This document shows, one piece after another, positions 1 through 11,325 of a DNA stretch of 64,000 nucleotides (the stretch's first letter is position 1; every line of letters starts with the position of its first letter). This DNA is from Haliotis rubra (Eukaryota). The position numbers and the translations under genes are program-made. The DNA is taken from NCBI RefSeq assembly GCF_003918875.1, contig NW_025767088.1, forward strand, positions 496,001 through 560,000, given 5' to 3'. Below the pieces are notes generated by a model that saw only the letters and a list, made by a program, of their open reading frames with translations, was not told the DNA's origin and made no database searches.

Positions 1-148
1 TTAGTGTGACGTCATGCAAATATTGTACTACAGTACAAAACTCTTCCGCAACCTCTTTATGAAACCGGTTTCGGTTTGAAACCAAAAACATAACAAAAAT
101 ACGCTGTTTTGTCAATTTAAATGCATGTAAGACGTGGGTAATAAATAA

Positions 149-300
149 AATACCACACTCGGTCTCATTACATACGAATTATACGAAACTCGTGACCTTC
201 CTATGTTATCTGACCTCGCTTTCGCTCGGTCAGATACCATAGGAAGGACACTCGTTTCGTATAATTCGTATGTAATGAGACCTCGTGTAGTATTCTCTAT
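149..300. repeat. Long palindrome (hairpin element) with periodic CTCG mismatches; a related one lies at ~521-667
   Basis: Arms such as gtctcattacatacgaattatacgaaac / gtttcgtataattcgtatgtaatgagac surround the centre ctcgctttcgctcg. Confidence 0.8.
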
Positions 301-701
301 ATATCTCCTGGGATTATATCGTTTTGACAGTAGATTTTGTACAATGCCCTGTCGTCATCAAATGCATAACTCGCAATGCTATGACGCCAAAAACCTGATG
401 ACGTCACAATGCTATGACATCGCTGCACTGCATGTCTAATGGCAGTACCGTGTTGAGAACTTCAGAGATGTACATTTTTCATTGAAAACTAATTAAGAGA
501 GATTTTTTATGATACAAAGAATCTCACCCTCGTGTCTTCTGATATCAAATGTATCAACAATCGTTGATAAAAGTAAATATATCCTCGGCAAGCCTCTGAT
601 ATTTGTAACTTTATCAACTCGTAGTGATATATTTGATATCAAAAGACACTCGGGTGAAATTCTCTATATAACCGTGGAACTTGGTGTTTATAGACCTGTA
701 G

Positions 702-917
702 CAGTGTATGAAATAAGGCCCGTCCGACCGCCCGAGACTGTCTAGATTTCTGATGGACGATCTAAATTTACAGCTAGCCAGCCCTATGGTCTGGTGAAAT
801 TTTTAGATGTTCCATTCATCTGAGTAAATTCACCATATTTGGTCATTTTGGGCTGATAACATTTTGAAGTTACCAGCCCTGATGTCTGGCTGGATTTTTG
901 GCTTATTTCATACACTG
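702..917. mobile_element. MITE with CAGTGTATGAAATAAG TIRs and a 7-bp TSD (CCTGTAG)
   Basis: TIR cagtgtatgaaataag...cttatttcatacactg; TSD at 695-701 and 918-924. A sister copy lies at 36689-36915 and a partial copy near 27922-28060. Confidence 0.85.
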
Positions 918-1139
918 CCTGTAGGTATTTCATACGACAAAATCGGCTCAAATCAAACTTGTGTTTATGGCTTCATGTATCCCAAGATCATGTGATCATG
1001 TGATCATGTTCCCTTCTAAATGGCAATCAATACTTCATACTGTTAACGGCGCGAAATCAGAAATCCCTCACGAAACCTGTAGTCATTCAAGTCTTGCTTT
1101 GCCTCATGGGTATGTAAAGATAAAACCTTGTATAACTTC

Positions 1140-1288
1140 AACGGCCCCGACGGTAATGGTGGTGAATAACATGCGTCGTGTGGATAGTAGTACTAATATT
1201 TAACTGTACAGTCTGACCCGCGAGAGAGATGTGAGGCCGTGGGGGGAAATTACGTCGAATTGCTTTTGAGCATACGCTTGAGGTTAGT
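1140..1288 (+). promoter_or_regulatory. Candidate promoter / non-coding first exon for paralogue 1, with donor GAG|GTTAGT at 1282/1283
   Basis: Locally CpG-rich, non-repeat segment that ends in a good 5' splice site. The downstream coding exon has an acceptor but needs a 5' exon. Confidence 0.4.
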
Positions 1289-3304
1289 ATTTTTCAACAT
1301 TTCAACAGCTAAGTAATTTGTTCATTGTGCACCATTCCGCTTCTCAAACGAAGACAATAGCCTAAGAATAAGTGCACTGTAATGTTTTTAGCTTATTTGG
1401 TATGAATCGAAAGAGATTTATCTCCCTTTGTTGTAGAAAACCCCTTGAACATATATTTTCATTTGGAGATCGGGTTACATAATCATACAATGTTATTAAT
1501 GATGTTTTGTTATGTACTGTATGCAGTCTGTATTATTCTACACTAGTAAATGTACTTGTATATGCTCATTGTAGATCTCTATGGCTGGCCATGAAGCTGA
1601 AATTGTTATTCACTGTCTGTGTCATACAAAAATATCTGTAACATAATGTTTCTGTTTTGTTGTATGTTGCTAAAGCAATGTTCAAGCCTCATGACAACGG
1701 TCTGTAAATGATTGAATCTTGACTATACAATCCAGTGATGGACAGCATTGATCTACACAATGTGTGATACAACATCCATCAAACGACTCAGTGTGCCCAA
1801 CTAACCGATGCTGCTAGTCGCCTCTTATAACAGCTGAAGATCAATTCTAACCTAGATCTTAGGGTTCTTTCCTGTGTACAGAAATGTAAATCTCCAGGAA
1901 TTGTAATGGTGATTATCTAAAGGTGCGTAGATTTGATCCAGTGTGCCCAACAAGAGATCGCGAGATAACCCAGCATATCAGTTTCATTTGCTCTTGTAAA
2001 ACCTTAAAATTTTCTTACTTCTGATAAAATATCAATATTAAGTACATGTACTTTACTTTGGAAATGTGTAAACATTGCCCGTGTGACGAATCAGCCAGTG
2101 TGACGAATCTGGCAGTGTATAGTTTACTTCCTGGTACAGATTTTACGTCATGTATATATTAAGAATATCAATGTCAAAGTATAATCACAGCTATTAAGCA
2201 ACTATATCTTGATAAAAACACAAATTGTATCAATAAGTTATATTTATAGATGTACCTCAGATACATTTCCAAGACCTTAGTGACCCCAGCTTGGCAACCA
2301 GTGGCATATGGTATGGCGTTATCAGGATGTGTCTCGTTTTCACTAAAGTGGCAGAAGGGTAGTCTAGTGGTTCATGTGCTCACTCGTCGTGTCAAAGACC
2401 CAAGTTCACTTCCCCTCATGGGTATACTGTGTGAAGCTGATTTCCAGTGCCCCCTGCCATGATATTGCTAAAGGTTTTGTAAAACTAGACTCACTCACTC
2501 ACTCACTGTTTTCACTCTGTGCATGAGACCAGTTCCATTTGTGTCTGCTGTTTCCCTTAGCTACCAGAATTATTAAGTATACAATAACTGCATATTATCT
2601 GGGATTTTATGCAATGGTTTTTATTGCATTTTGAAAATAATGAAAGTCTTGTTTCACACAATTCATGAATGTTGCTTTTTCACCATTGTCTGATACTGAT
2701 GCACTGTCCGGTCATTAGAGACTTGGGACCTTGTTGGAGAGTTTATAAAAATGCATACAAACTGGATATGGATGTAGCACACAATATGGTGGGTAGAGTC
2801 AGATCAAGAGGTATCCTTAATATATTGATTGGTTCAGCAGTAAACCTGATAAGGACTAAAGCTTTGGATATCGAAAATGTACCCTGAAACTTGATTGTCA
2901 TTTCTGTGGTTCTAAGTGATTCAGCATATATCTGGTTTGGAGAATGAAATGTTTTCAGAGACTAACACTGACATATTTCCATCTTTTCCATGCAAGGGAT
3001 GCTAAAATTTAAGCCAGACTGGGAAACTTAACTCTGCTAAACATTTAATGCTCTTATTTTCATGCTGATGATGTCGGACATGTCTGAAGAATGCTGTGTT
3101 GTCAGGGAAACCAGATGGGCTACTTTGCCTGAACATGCCAAAACTGAGAGACAAACATTCGAGGAAAATGACGCTTGCATGGCCGCTTGTGATGGATGGT
3201 GTATGGCTTGATGAAATCCTGAGAACATTCCATGATATATCTACAAAAGGACTTAATTTGTGATTTTTCTGTTCCTAGGAAGAAGTAGAAGAAGAGGAGC
3301 AAGA

Positions 3305-6046
3305 ATGGAGAAGCAATACTCTGTGCAGTTCTTTACATCCTTTATAGAGAAGCTTCAAGGATTGTGTAGAAATTCTCTAGACTTCAGTCAGACTGTGGAC
3401 GTCAGCGGCTATTTGTGTTTGGAGATCGACAACATGAAGAAAGAGAGATATGTCCTCAGTGAACTGTTACAGAGCAATGGGAATGTGGTCAGTGAGAGCT
3501 ATTGTACGAAGGCGTTCAAAACGTCACAGACTATAAATCCATCCCGACCTCGCCCGATGATTGGGAGGAATAATGTGAACGTTCCGACAAGCAGAGACAA
3601 TGTTCACCAGCATAATCAAAACAGAAGACGATCAAGGCCTGATTCCTCAGGTGCTCAGAATCCAAATATTCCATCAAAAGTTCGTAGATCAGTTGATGTC
3701 ATTGAAGTCATTGATGACGATCAGTCACCTGGGAGTATGAATTCATCAGGGAAGAGTTACCAGTCGAACCCGAAGCAAGGGCAGAGATGGCCTGCAGGCA
3801 GGGAGATGGCCAGCATGCAGAGACCCCCACAGAGCCAAGTAAAGAGATCCCCTGTAAGTCAGAACAGACAAAAGGATCAGTATAGTGCCATGATGAGACA
3901 GCAGGGACAATACGGTGCCATGGGTAAACCGCCAGATTCATATAACGCCACAATGAGGCAGCAGGAGCAAATGGCTCCCAGGAACAGGCTTCAGGAACAG
4001 TTGGGTAGTAGGAATAAACAGCAGGAACATTATGGTGCCATTAACAGACTACAGGAACAGTTTGGTGCCATTAGCAGACAGCAAGGACAGTTTGCTGCTA
4101 TGAACAGCCCCCAGGGGCAGTATAACGCCTTTAACAGACAGCAGCTTGGTGCCATGAACAACCAGCAAGGGCAACTTGGCGCCATCAACAGGCAGCAGGG
4201 ACAACTTGGCGCCATGAACAACCAGCAAGGACAACTTGGCACCATTAACAACCAACAGGGACAACTTGGTGCCATGAACAACCAAGGGCAGCTTGGTGCT
4301 TTGAACAGCCCTCAAGGGCAGCTTGGCGCATTGAACAGCCCTCAAGGGCAGCTTGGCGCATTGAACAGCCCTCAAGGGCAGCTTGGCGCTTTGAACAGCC
4401 CTCCAGGGCAGCTTGGCACTTTGAACAGCCCTCAGGGACAGCTTAGTACAATGAACAGGCAGCAGGGTCAGCTTGGCGCCATGAACAGCCAGCTGGGACA
4501 ATATAGTGCCATTAACAGACTGCAGGAACAATTTGGTGCCACAAATAGACAGCAGGGACAAGTGAACAGACCGAGATCTGATCCCATGGTACAGCAAGGG
4601 CAGCAGACAACTATGTCTATACCAGCAACAAGTCCCATGCAGCAACCCCTTATGCAGGATCCCAGAAGTACCAACGAAGGATTAAGAGCCCCGAACACCC
4701 AAAATGCAAATGTCCAAGGTAACATAGAACAGTTCAATGTTCAGAGACCACCACCTACTCCTCCTGTGTCTGCCAGTGATCATATTGTGAGGGTCAAGTC
4801 GGAGTTTGGTGCCAACGAGGGATTGAATACAAGTAATACCTCTACAGTTCCACCTCCAGCTCAAGCTTCAGCTTCAGCTCCTCCTCCTCCAGCTCCTGCT
4901 CCAGATCCAGCTCAGAAAGCTGGACAAAGTTCTGAAGCTGTCTCTCAGCCAGCTGGCTCAACTAACAACACAACACAAGCTGCAAGTTCACAATTAAGTA
5001 ATGAAGAACCATTGCTAGGAGCACCTGAAGAAGTGGCTGTGAGGATCAAACAGGAACCTATTGCCTACTCCCCTAAGCCAGTAGCAGGTTTGGATGAAGA
5101 TGGGGTTATTGATCTGGATTTGTTTGATGATGACCTGGATGACAATCATCCCGAGTCCTCTGCAGGAAGTGGTCAAGATGACCAGACAGCCTTGGCTAAG
5201 GACTATGGTGTACCTAACAAAACTGTCGCAAGGAAGGAAGATCAGTTCAACCTGGGATCCAAGAAAGTGGTAGATTATGCTGTCCAACAGTTCAAGAAGT
5301 ATCATTTCAGTAAATCCGGTTTAGATTTTGATATGTTGACTATGGAAACTGTGAAACTCGACAGCCTCTTGTTGGACTTCTTCCAGGGTGTGAGGAAGGG
5401 AAATGGTGAGGAGTTAACGGCAAGGACTTTGAAAAATGTGCAAATACACCTTGACATGTATTTAAGGGATAACAGATACCCATACTCAATTGAAAAAGAT
5501 GATGCCTTCAAAGCCTCAAGAGACTTTTTGAAGAACAAACTCGATCAAAGTAAGACTGGGAGACATATGCTGGTTCCAATTGATGACAATGAAATTGAAA
5601 TATTGTTCCAGAGACAGGTTCTTGGCGATCAGAATCCTGACTCTCTCATGAGCACAATGTGGTTCCTCAACTCCAAGTACCTCGGTATCAGACGTCCAGC
5701 AGATCACTACAACCTGCGATGGGGCGACATTCGGTTATGTACAGACGAAATGGGTATTGAATACCTCGAGCGTGTAATAAAGGGTTCATACTCTCTCAAA
5801 GTGTTCGCAAAGGCACAAACCCCATCTCGATGCTTTGTGAATTTGTATAAAAAATACTGGACCTTACGGCCTCAAGATGCTTTACTGGAATCTTCTCCAT
5901 TTTACCTGAACTTCAATGCAGGACCAAATTATCCACGTCCTGAACTTTGGTTCTTTAATGACTCCTTGTCTTGGTCGCGTTTTTCAAGTGAATGGAAGAA
6001 AATTCTCACAGCTGGTGGTCTGCCTCCGAATAAGAAACCTTGCTGA
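3305..6046 (+). CDS. Paralogue 1 (913 aa): conserved N-terminal domain, Q/G/N-rich 10-aa repeats, C-terminal Crypton/DUF3504-like (ZMYM/QRICH1/KCTD1-type) domain
   Basis: Uninterrupted ORF. The likely ATG is at 3305 (MEKQ, shared with the paralogues), after acceptor tttttctgttcctAG ending 3278; the ORF-track start at 3260 is a non-ATG codon in the intron. The C-terminal ~265 aa carry Crypton-type motifs LDSLLLDFFQGVRKGNGEEL..TL, F.ASRDFL..KL, MWFLNSKYLGIRR..DHYNLRWGDI, RCFVNLYKKY, PFYL and WF. Confidence 0.88.
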   Translation: MEKQYSVQFFTSFIEKLQGLCRNSLDFSQTVDVSGYLCLEIDNMKKERYVLSELLQSNGNVVSESYCTKAFKTSQTINPSRPRPMIGRNNVNVPTSRDNVHQHNQNRRRSRPDSSGAQNPNIPSKVRRSVDVIEVIDDDQSPGSMNSSGKSYQSNPKQGQRWPAGREMASMQRPPQSQVKRSPVSQNRQKDQYSAMMRQQGQYGAMGKPPDSYNATMRQQEQMAPRNRLQEQLGSRNKQQEHYGAINRLQEQFGAISRQQGQFAAMNSPQGQYNAFNRQQLGAMNNQQGQLGAINRQQGQLGAMNNQQGQLGTINNQQGQLGAMNNQGQLGALNSPQGQLGALNSPQGQLGALNSPQGQLGALNSPPGQLGTLNSPQGQLSTMNRQQGQLGAMNSQLGQYSAINRLQEQFGATNRQQGQVNRPRSDPMVQQGQQTTMSIPATSPMQQPLMQDPRSTNEGLRAPNTQNANVQGNIEQFNVQRPPPTPPVSASDHIVRVKSEFGANEGLNTSNTSTVPPPAQASASAPPPPAPAPDPAQKAGQSSEAVSQPAGSTNNTTQAASSQLSNEEPLLGAPEEVAVRIKQEPIAYSPKPVAGLDEDGVIDLDLFDDDLDDNHPESSAGSGQDDQTALAKDYGVPNKTVARKEDQFNLGSKKVVDYAVQQFKKYHFSKSGLDFDMLTMETVKLDSLLLDFFQGVRKGNGEELTARTLKNVQIHLDMYLRDNRYPYSIEKDDAFKASRDFLKNKLDQSKTGRHMLVPIDDNEIEILFQRQVLGDQNPDSLMSTMWFLNSKYLGIRRPADHYNLRWGDIRLCTDEMGIEYLERVIKGSYSLKVFAKAQTPSRCFVNLYKKYWTLRPQDALLESSPFYLNFNAGPNYPRPELWFFNDSLSWSRFSSEWKKILTAGGLPPNKKPC

Positions 6047-8782
6047 CCTTTAACTTGAGTGGGTTGGATGGATGTGCAGTGGTCATGTTAGGCTGGGCCA
6101 TTAATCTGTACTTACTTTAAAACTGTGGCCTAGGTGTCTAAGATACAGTTCTGCCCCAGAGGCAAGCCAGGTGTGGTCATAGGTTTGAATTCCAGATCAT
6201 TGTTGATTGTGTTTCAAACTACTACTCTCCAGGTTAGCTACCTCTGCTTATTCTTAATAACCAGTTTCAGATTTAACTTGCAATCAGCTTTTAGCCATGG
6301 AAATCTCACTATCCATCTTGAAGGAAATGTCCAGTCCTCATCTGTTGTTACCTGCTCTAATTTCTCTCCACTAGTAGTTTTTGGCATACGAAGTGGGCAG
6401 GGTTTCCGTGCACCAGAAGGGATGCATGTTGTACAGTTGAGATATTTTATACCTGTCAGTGACTTAAGGTAACTTTAATTACATTGTCATCGTAAAATTG
6501 TTACAGATGTTAGTTTGATTATGGATTTTCTGTGGTCATGTTGATCATTTTTATTTTATTTTTTTTATCAACTATGAGGGGTGAATAAATGTATTACTGT
6601 TGTAAATTTTCCGTAGCTAACCTGGCTAGGGACATTTCTGAATCTTTAGCCTTAACAAAACTTTGGTTGCCACGGGCTAGCAGACAAGCAGCTATTTTGC
6701 AAACTGCCTGTGCTTATGGGTTTCCAAAGTTGTTAACGACTTCGACCAATCATATGATACTGACAGTCACAGTCAAAAGAATGGTTCGGGAATTTGGATG
6801 TCAGGCAAAACACTTTATTCCATTTCAGACATGCCCCAATGCAACCGAAAAGTAAATTTTTGAAAATATTGATATAGTTAAAGGGATTTCAAAAACAAAA
6901 GCTAAAAAAATATTACCACATCTCCCTTTTTGATCGTATTGTAGAAGTATATTTTTAGATGTATTTCTTATACTGTATGTATTTCTGCTGTTTTCAGTAC
7001 TCAGCAGTTTATGCTAAGCCTGTCTCAGGTGTGAGAGGTTTGGATCATTCATTCTGCCAATGCTTGTTTAGTGAGTGATTGAGTGAGCCTAGCTTGATAG
7101 AGGGAATCCTTCAGTGATATCACAGCATATTGATGATATCAGCTTGACATTGAGCTGATGCAGGTTCCAAACAAATCCTACTTTTGGTGAAACCTGTCAG
7201 CACTGGTGCCAACAAACGAAGAAACAAAAGCAGGATGATTCTGGGATTTGAACCCACAATCCATTAGCACAGCGGGTTGCAGAGCTTGAGATAGCCTGGC
7301 CTCCAATACCCATCCTGACAGTCAAATTGTCATCGTGAATAGATCTGTGGTGGTGCCAAAGACTCTCATCATTACAATATTCTTAATATGTGCAAAAAGT
7401 CATCAACGAAACTCGCAAAACTGAATTTGGAAGAATATTATTAATTTGTATTATTTATAATATTTGTCTACAAGCATATTTATTGAGGGGGTATTATTGT
7501 GGTTCATTGAAATACAAGTACTTTTGTGTGTTGGGGTGGGGATTTTAATTTTTCAAATATTTAGCTCACCCTGAAAGATAAGTTAGTTTTACATTATTAG
7601 TGGATGTGCAATAACATTTGAAGAGAGTGCTCAACATTCATTGTCTTAGAATGACAGTGGTGTGGGGAAAAAAACAAGTTCTTATAAGAGTTTTTAAACA
7701 AAAATAACTTGTGTCAATGTTTTGTGTATGTGACCATATATAAATATACCTTCTTTCATTTAAACTGGACAAAAATGGAAAATGGAACATAATGAAAATT
7801 GAAAATATCCAACAGACTGAAGTTTCTTTGTTGATAATAGAAGGGATGGGCTTTGTGTTGCGTTGTCATGGTTACTGTGTTCTTTTCTTGTCTATGTTTT
7901 TTGTGTAAATGATCAAATGAGCAGACTGTAAAGTGATCATTGTTAAAATATTTTATTCATAAGATCGACTTTAATGATTTTCAGTTATGGAGGTATGTAT
8001 GGAAAGACAATGTGCATACTTTGTGTATAATATGTAGTATGCACATTGTTTTTTATGTTAATATCTTCGTAAATGCAGAAGTATTTTGAGGGGCGATTTC
8101 ATATACTAGTTCGGGTTCGATTCTCCACATGGGTACAATGTGTGAAGCCCATTTCTGGTGTCGCCTGCCTTGATGTTGATGGAATATTGCTAAAAGCAGG
8201 GTAAAGCTAAACTCACTCACTCAGAAGTATTTTGAAGTCAGCGTGGTCAGTTCTTAGATAAGCCTTAGGATTTAGAAAATTAAATCAGTATTGTTAACCT
8301 CAAAAGGGAAGAAGCAAACTTCCATAATTGCAGCTACTTATTATCTACCTCTTGGTGAAATGGCAGTGGTTTTCTTCTTGTCACACATTATTTCCACAGA
8401 GCACATTTGTGAGGTAGTTACACTTAAAACATACATTATGTCTTAGGATTAATGTTTTTGCGGAGTTGTCATTTAGAAACCATGTAAGACCTTTTATGTT
8501 TTGAAAGTGGTGTGAGGTGGCCGAGCGGTTAAAGTCTTTGCTTGTCACGCTACAGTCAGAATTTGATTCAATAAGGGTACAGTGTTTAAAGCCAACTTTT
8601 TTGCTTGGATGATTTTTGAGGAAATTGTTTTGTGTGATGTTGAAATTATTGTTATAGATGTGGAAATGTACTTTTATCACTGATCACTGTGTCAGGTGGT
8701 TGATTCAGTCGTAATGTTAGTTCACCAGTGCAAATTTCACTGTGTACAGATTTACACAGGAATACACTGAAAGTTATATTGC

Positions 8783-9152
8783 CATAATAATAATAATAAT
8801 AATTCATTTATATAGCGCCTTGTATCCATCTGACTAGTTGCTCACTGGACGCTGTAATCAGAATCTGATTTATTATTACCCCGGATAACCCATTCTGCCT
8901 GTTAGGCTCTAGAAGGTTATAGTTACATGACTTATCCTACCGGGTACCCATTTTCTGCTGGGTGAACAGAGGCAAATTTCAACAAACTCACTTGCCTAAG
9001 GTGAGAACACGTTGTGGGGCAGGAAACTCCAAGAAACTCTCAGGAGTCAGGCTGCCAAACACGGTCACCCATCCAATGACTCTCCGAGCTCGACGTTGCT
9101 TAACTTCAACTGATTCGTGGCCTGAGGTCTTCGCACAGGACCACACACCACC
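8783..9152 (-). mobile_element. SINE with 5S-rRNA-derived head segment, Deu/Nin-like core and L2-like (TTA)n tail
   Basis: The minus strand of 9062-9107 reads gaagttaagcaacgtcgagctcggagagtcattggatgggtgaccg, resembling the 5S internal control region. The core is gcctctgttcacccagcagaaaatgggtacc, and the tail is aggcgctatataaatgaat(tat)n. Confidence 0.7.
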
Positions 9153-9164
9153 ATGTGGAAAATA

Positions 9165-10274
9165 CAGTACAACCAGAAATTATTGAGAATTTAAAGATTG
9201 TAAATATTATATATATTTTTCACTCATTACTCATGTATTAAATGTGAATATTAGCAGAACATAACTCCAGATTCTAAGACAGGTGAATAGTTAGTATTTT
9301 GTCAAGTCACCATGGGCAGCAATGCAGGCTTCAATGCGGCGGGGCATACTACTGATCAAAGAAGTTAGAAAGTCGTGGTCCATGCTGTCCCAATATCGGA
9401 CCACCTCTTCTTTCATTTCACCAATATTTGTCAGATTTTTCTTATTGACACTTTTTTTCATAAGTCCCCAAACATTTTCTATTACATTAAGGTCAGGGCT
9501 ATAGCTTGGCCAATCTAATAATGTCATATTTTGGGTCTGAAACCAGGCCTGTGAATGCTTTGAACGATGTTTTGGGTCGTCCTGCTGGAAAATCCAAAAA
9601 TGTCCATAGAACACGTGAGCAGATGGAAGTAAATGTCCCTCGAGAATAATTGTGTACCACTCACTGTTCATATTCCCTTCAAATACACAGAGGGATTTCG
9701 GACTGTACTTTGGGCGCTGATACAAAGGTTTTCAGTTTGTTTGGTCCAGAATTTCAGTGTATTAGGAAACAGCCACACAGAACTTTCATCTGAGAAAATC
9801 ACATTGTCCCAGTTAAAATTTCTATGCTGTAAGCACCAGTTCAACCTTCGCTCCTTTTGTTCAGGTTTGATCGTTGATGCAATTCCTCGACTTTTCTGCC
9901 AACCCATTGCATGCCTACCTGCACCTCCTCGGTGCTCAATCCCATATCCATTTGCAATATTTTTCAAAACATGATAAACAGTGGACAAAGGGATGCCTGT
10001 TCTACTTGAAATCACTTTAGCTGATCTGATGTCCTTGTTATAATACTCTAACATCAACTTCCTCTTCTCTAAATCATCCATACTTAGGATCACTGAAAAT
10101 GTCGTCTGCTAGCAAGTAAACAAAGGGGGATAACTCTTCACAAACTAATGAAACAGGATTAACGGAGTTGTCTCTCTGAATGAAACCAAGCACTTGATAG
10201 CTGGTCAAGGTTGTTTATACTAGAAATCCAATTAAACATATTCCTAAAATTCTCAATAATTTCTGGTCACTCTA
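9165..10274 (-). mobile_element. Decayed Tc1/mariner (DD34E-type) DNA transposon
   Basis: Imperfect TIRs share the core accagaaattattgagaattt and are flanked by TA (9163-9164, 10275-10276). The transposase is split over two frames. Confidence 0.9.
9291..10093 (-). pseudogene. Frameshifted, internally deleted Tc1 transposase
   Basis: HTH (ISSRTGIPLSTVY), WDNVIFSDES, FQQDDPKH (one residue short of QQDNDPKH), WPSYSPDLNVIENVW, SMPRRIEACIAAHG..TKY. Frameshift near 9700. Confidence 0.88.
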
Positions 10275-10560
10275 TAACTACTAAGATTGCAGATTCAGGG
10301 CAACAACCTTGACATCAGACTGTCAGTAATTTGAGATGAGAGCATGTGGTTGTTCTATTTAACCAACCCATCATGGCCTAATTTGTTGAAAGAATTAGCT
10401 TGCGTCAGGAACATTCTGACAGTAAAAGCAGATGTATCCTAGTTTCATCAACTTATCAAAGTTGAAACGTAGATACATAAACTAAGGAAGTAAAATCACA
10501 GATCTCGATGACTGTCGTTATTTTACATAATAATGACAATAACCTAAGACATAATAGACA

Positions 10561-10720
10561 TGGGACGGTGGGGTAGCCTAGTGGTTAAAGCGTTCGCTCA
10601 TCACATGGGAGACACGGGTTTGATTCCAAACTTGGGTACAATGTGTGAAGCCCATTTTGGGGGTCCCCTGCCGAGATGTTGCTGGAATATTGCTATAAGC
10701 GACGTAAAACCAAGCTCACT
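10561..10720 (+). mobile_element. tRNA-derived SINE, family A
   Basis: A box ggtagcctagtggttaaagcg, B box gggtttgattcc, body catgggtacaatgtgtgaagcccattt, tail ggaatattgcta..agcggcgtaaaac.aaactcact. Other copies lie at ~2345-2507, 8110-8222, 22085-22285, 38090-38672, 38969-39107, 39209-39358, 45213-45272, 52088-52220 and 58280-58395. Confidence 0.85.
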
Positions 10721-11325
10721 CGTAGTCACCCATAAGAAGGTACCCACAGTTTAATGATGTCAAGCCCAAGAAAGGGATGAGTCATGTGGTTTGGTGATTA
10801 AAGGCTAGAGTATTGAATTTGTTCAAAGATCAATGTGATAGGAAAAACAGGAATAGACCTGAAATATAGACAGCATGTAAAACATAAATATTAGGTTGCA
10901 CTTCTGAATAATTAATAGTGCTAGTGCATAATTAATGTAGCTAAATTGAGCCCTGTGAACTCGGGCAGTTTAAACATTTCTTTTACCTAAGTTGATTTGT
11001 GTTTGCATAGATATGTTAGGCTAGGCATGTTGACGTTTATATGTCCGAATAGGTCAACTGTAGCCGATGCTTGTCATAAGTTAACTCTGATGTGGAGAGC
11101 TGTAACAGTGTGTGACTAATTGTGTGTTATTGTTCTGTGTTTGTTCAGCTAACATTTACTGATTCATTGGGCTGGCAGCTATTAGAAATACCGGTACATC
11201 AAATATTTTGGTCCAATCTCCGTGATGAGTTAACTGTGACTCATCAACTGGTTAACTTTTGTGAAGCTTGGGAAATTTTAGACTAGGACCTTCCCAGTTT
11301 CTTGCAATAACATGCATGCTTAAAC

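Noticed and set aside
3260-3304. ORF-track N-terminal extensions (3260-3304, and 32842-32900 of the kinase)
   Set aside because: They begin at non-ATG codons upstream of clear splice acceptors and are largely intronic.
3708-5707. Antisense and alternative-frame ORFs inside the long genes, plus short ORFs over SINE copies
   Set aside because: Shadows of real CDS or repeats; no independent motifs.
9062-9107. 5S rRNA gene
   Set aside because: Only a partial, diverged segment embedded in a SINE.
10561-10632. tRNA genes (also ~8510-8575, 35410-35480, 52088-52155)
   Set aside because: These are SINE heads that continue into a shared body and tail; no complete cloverleaf.
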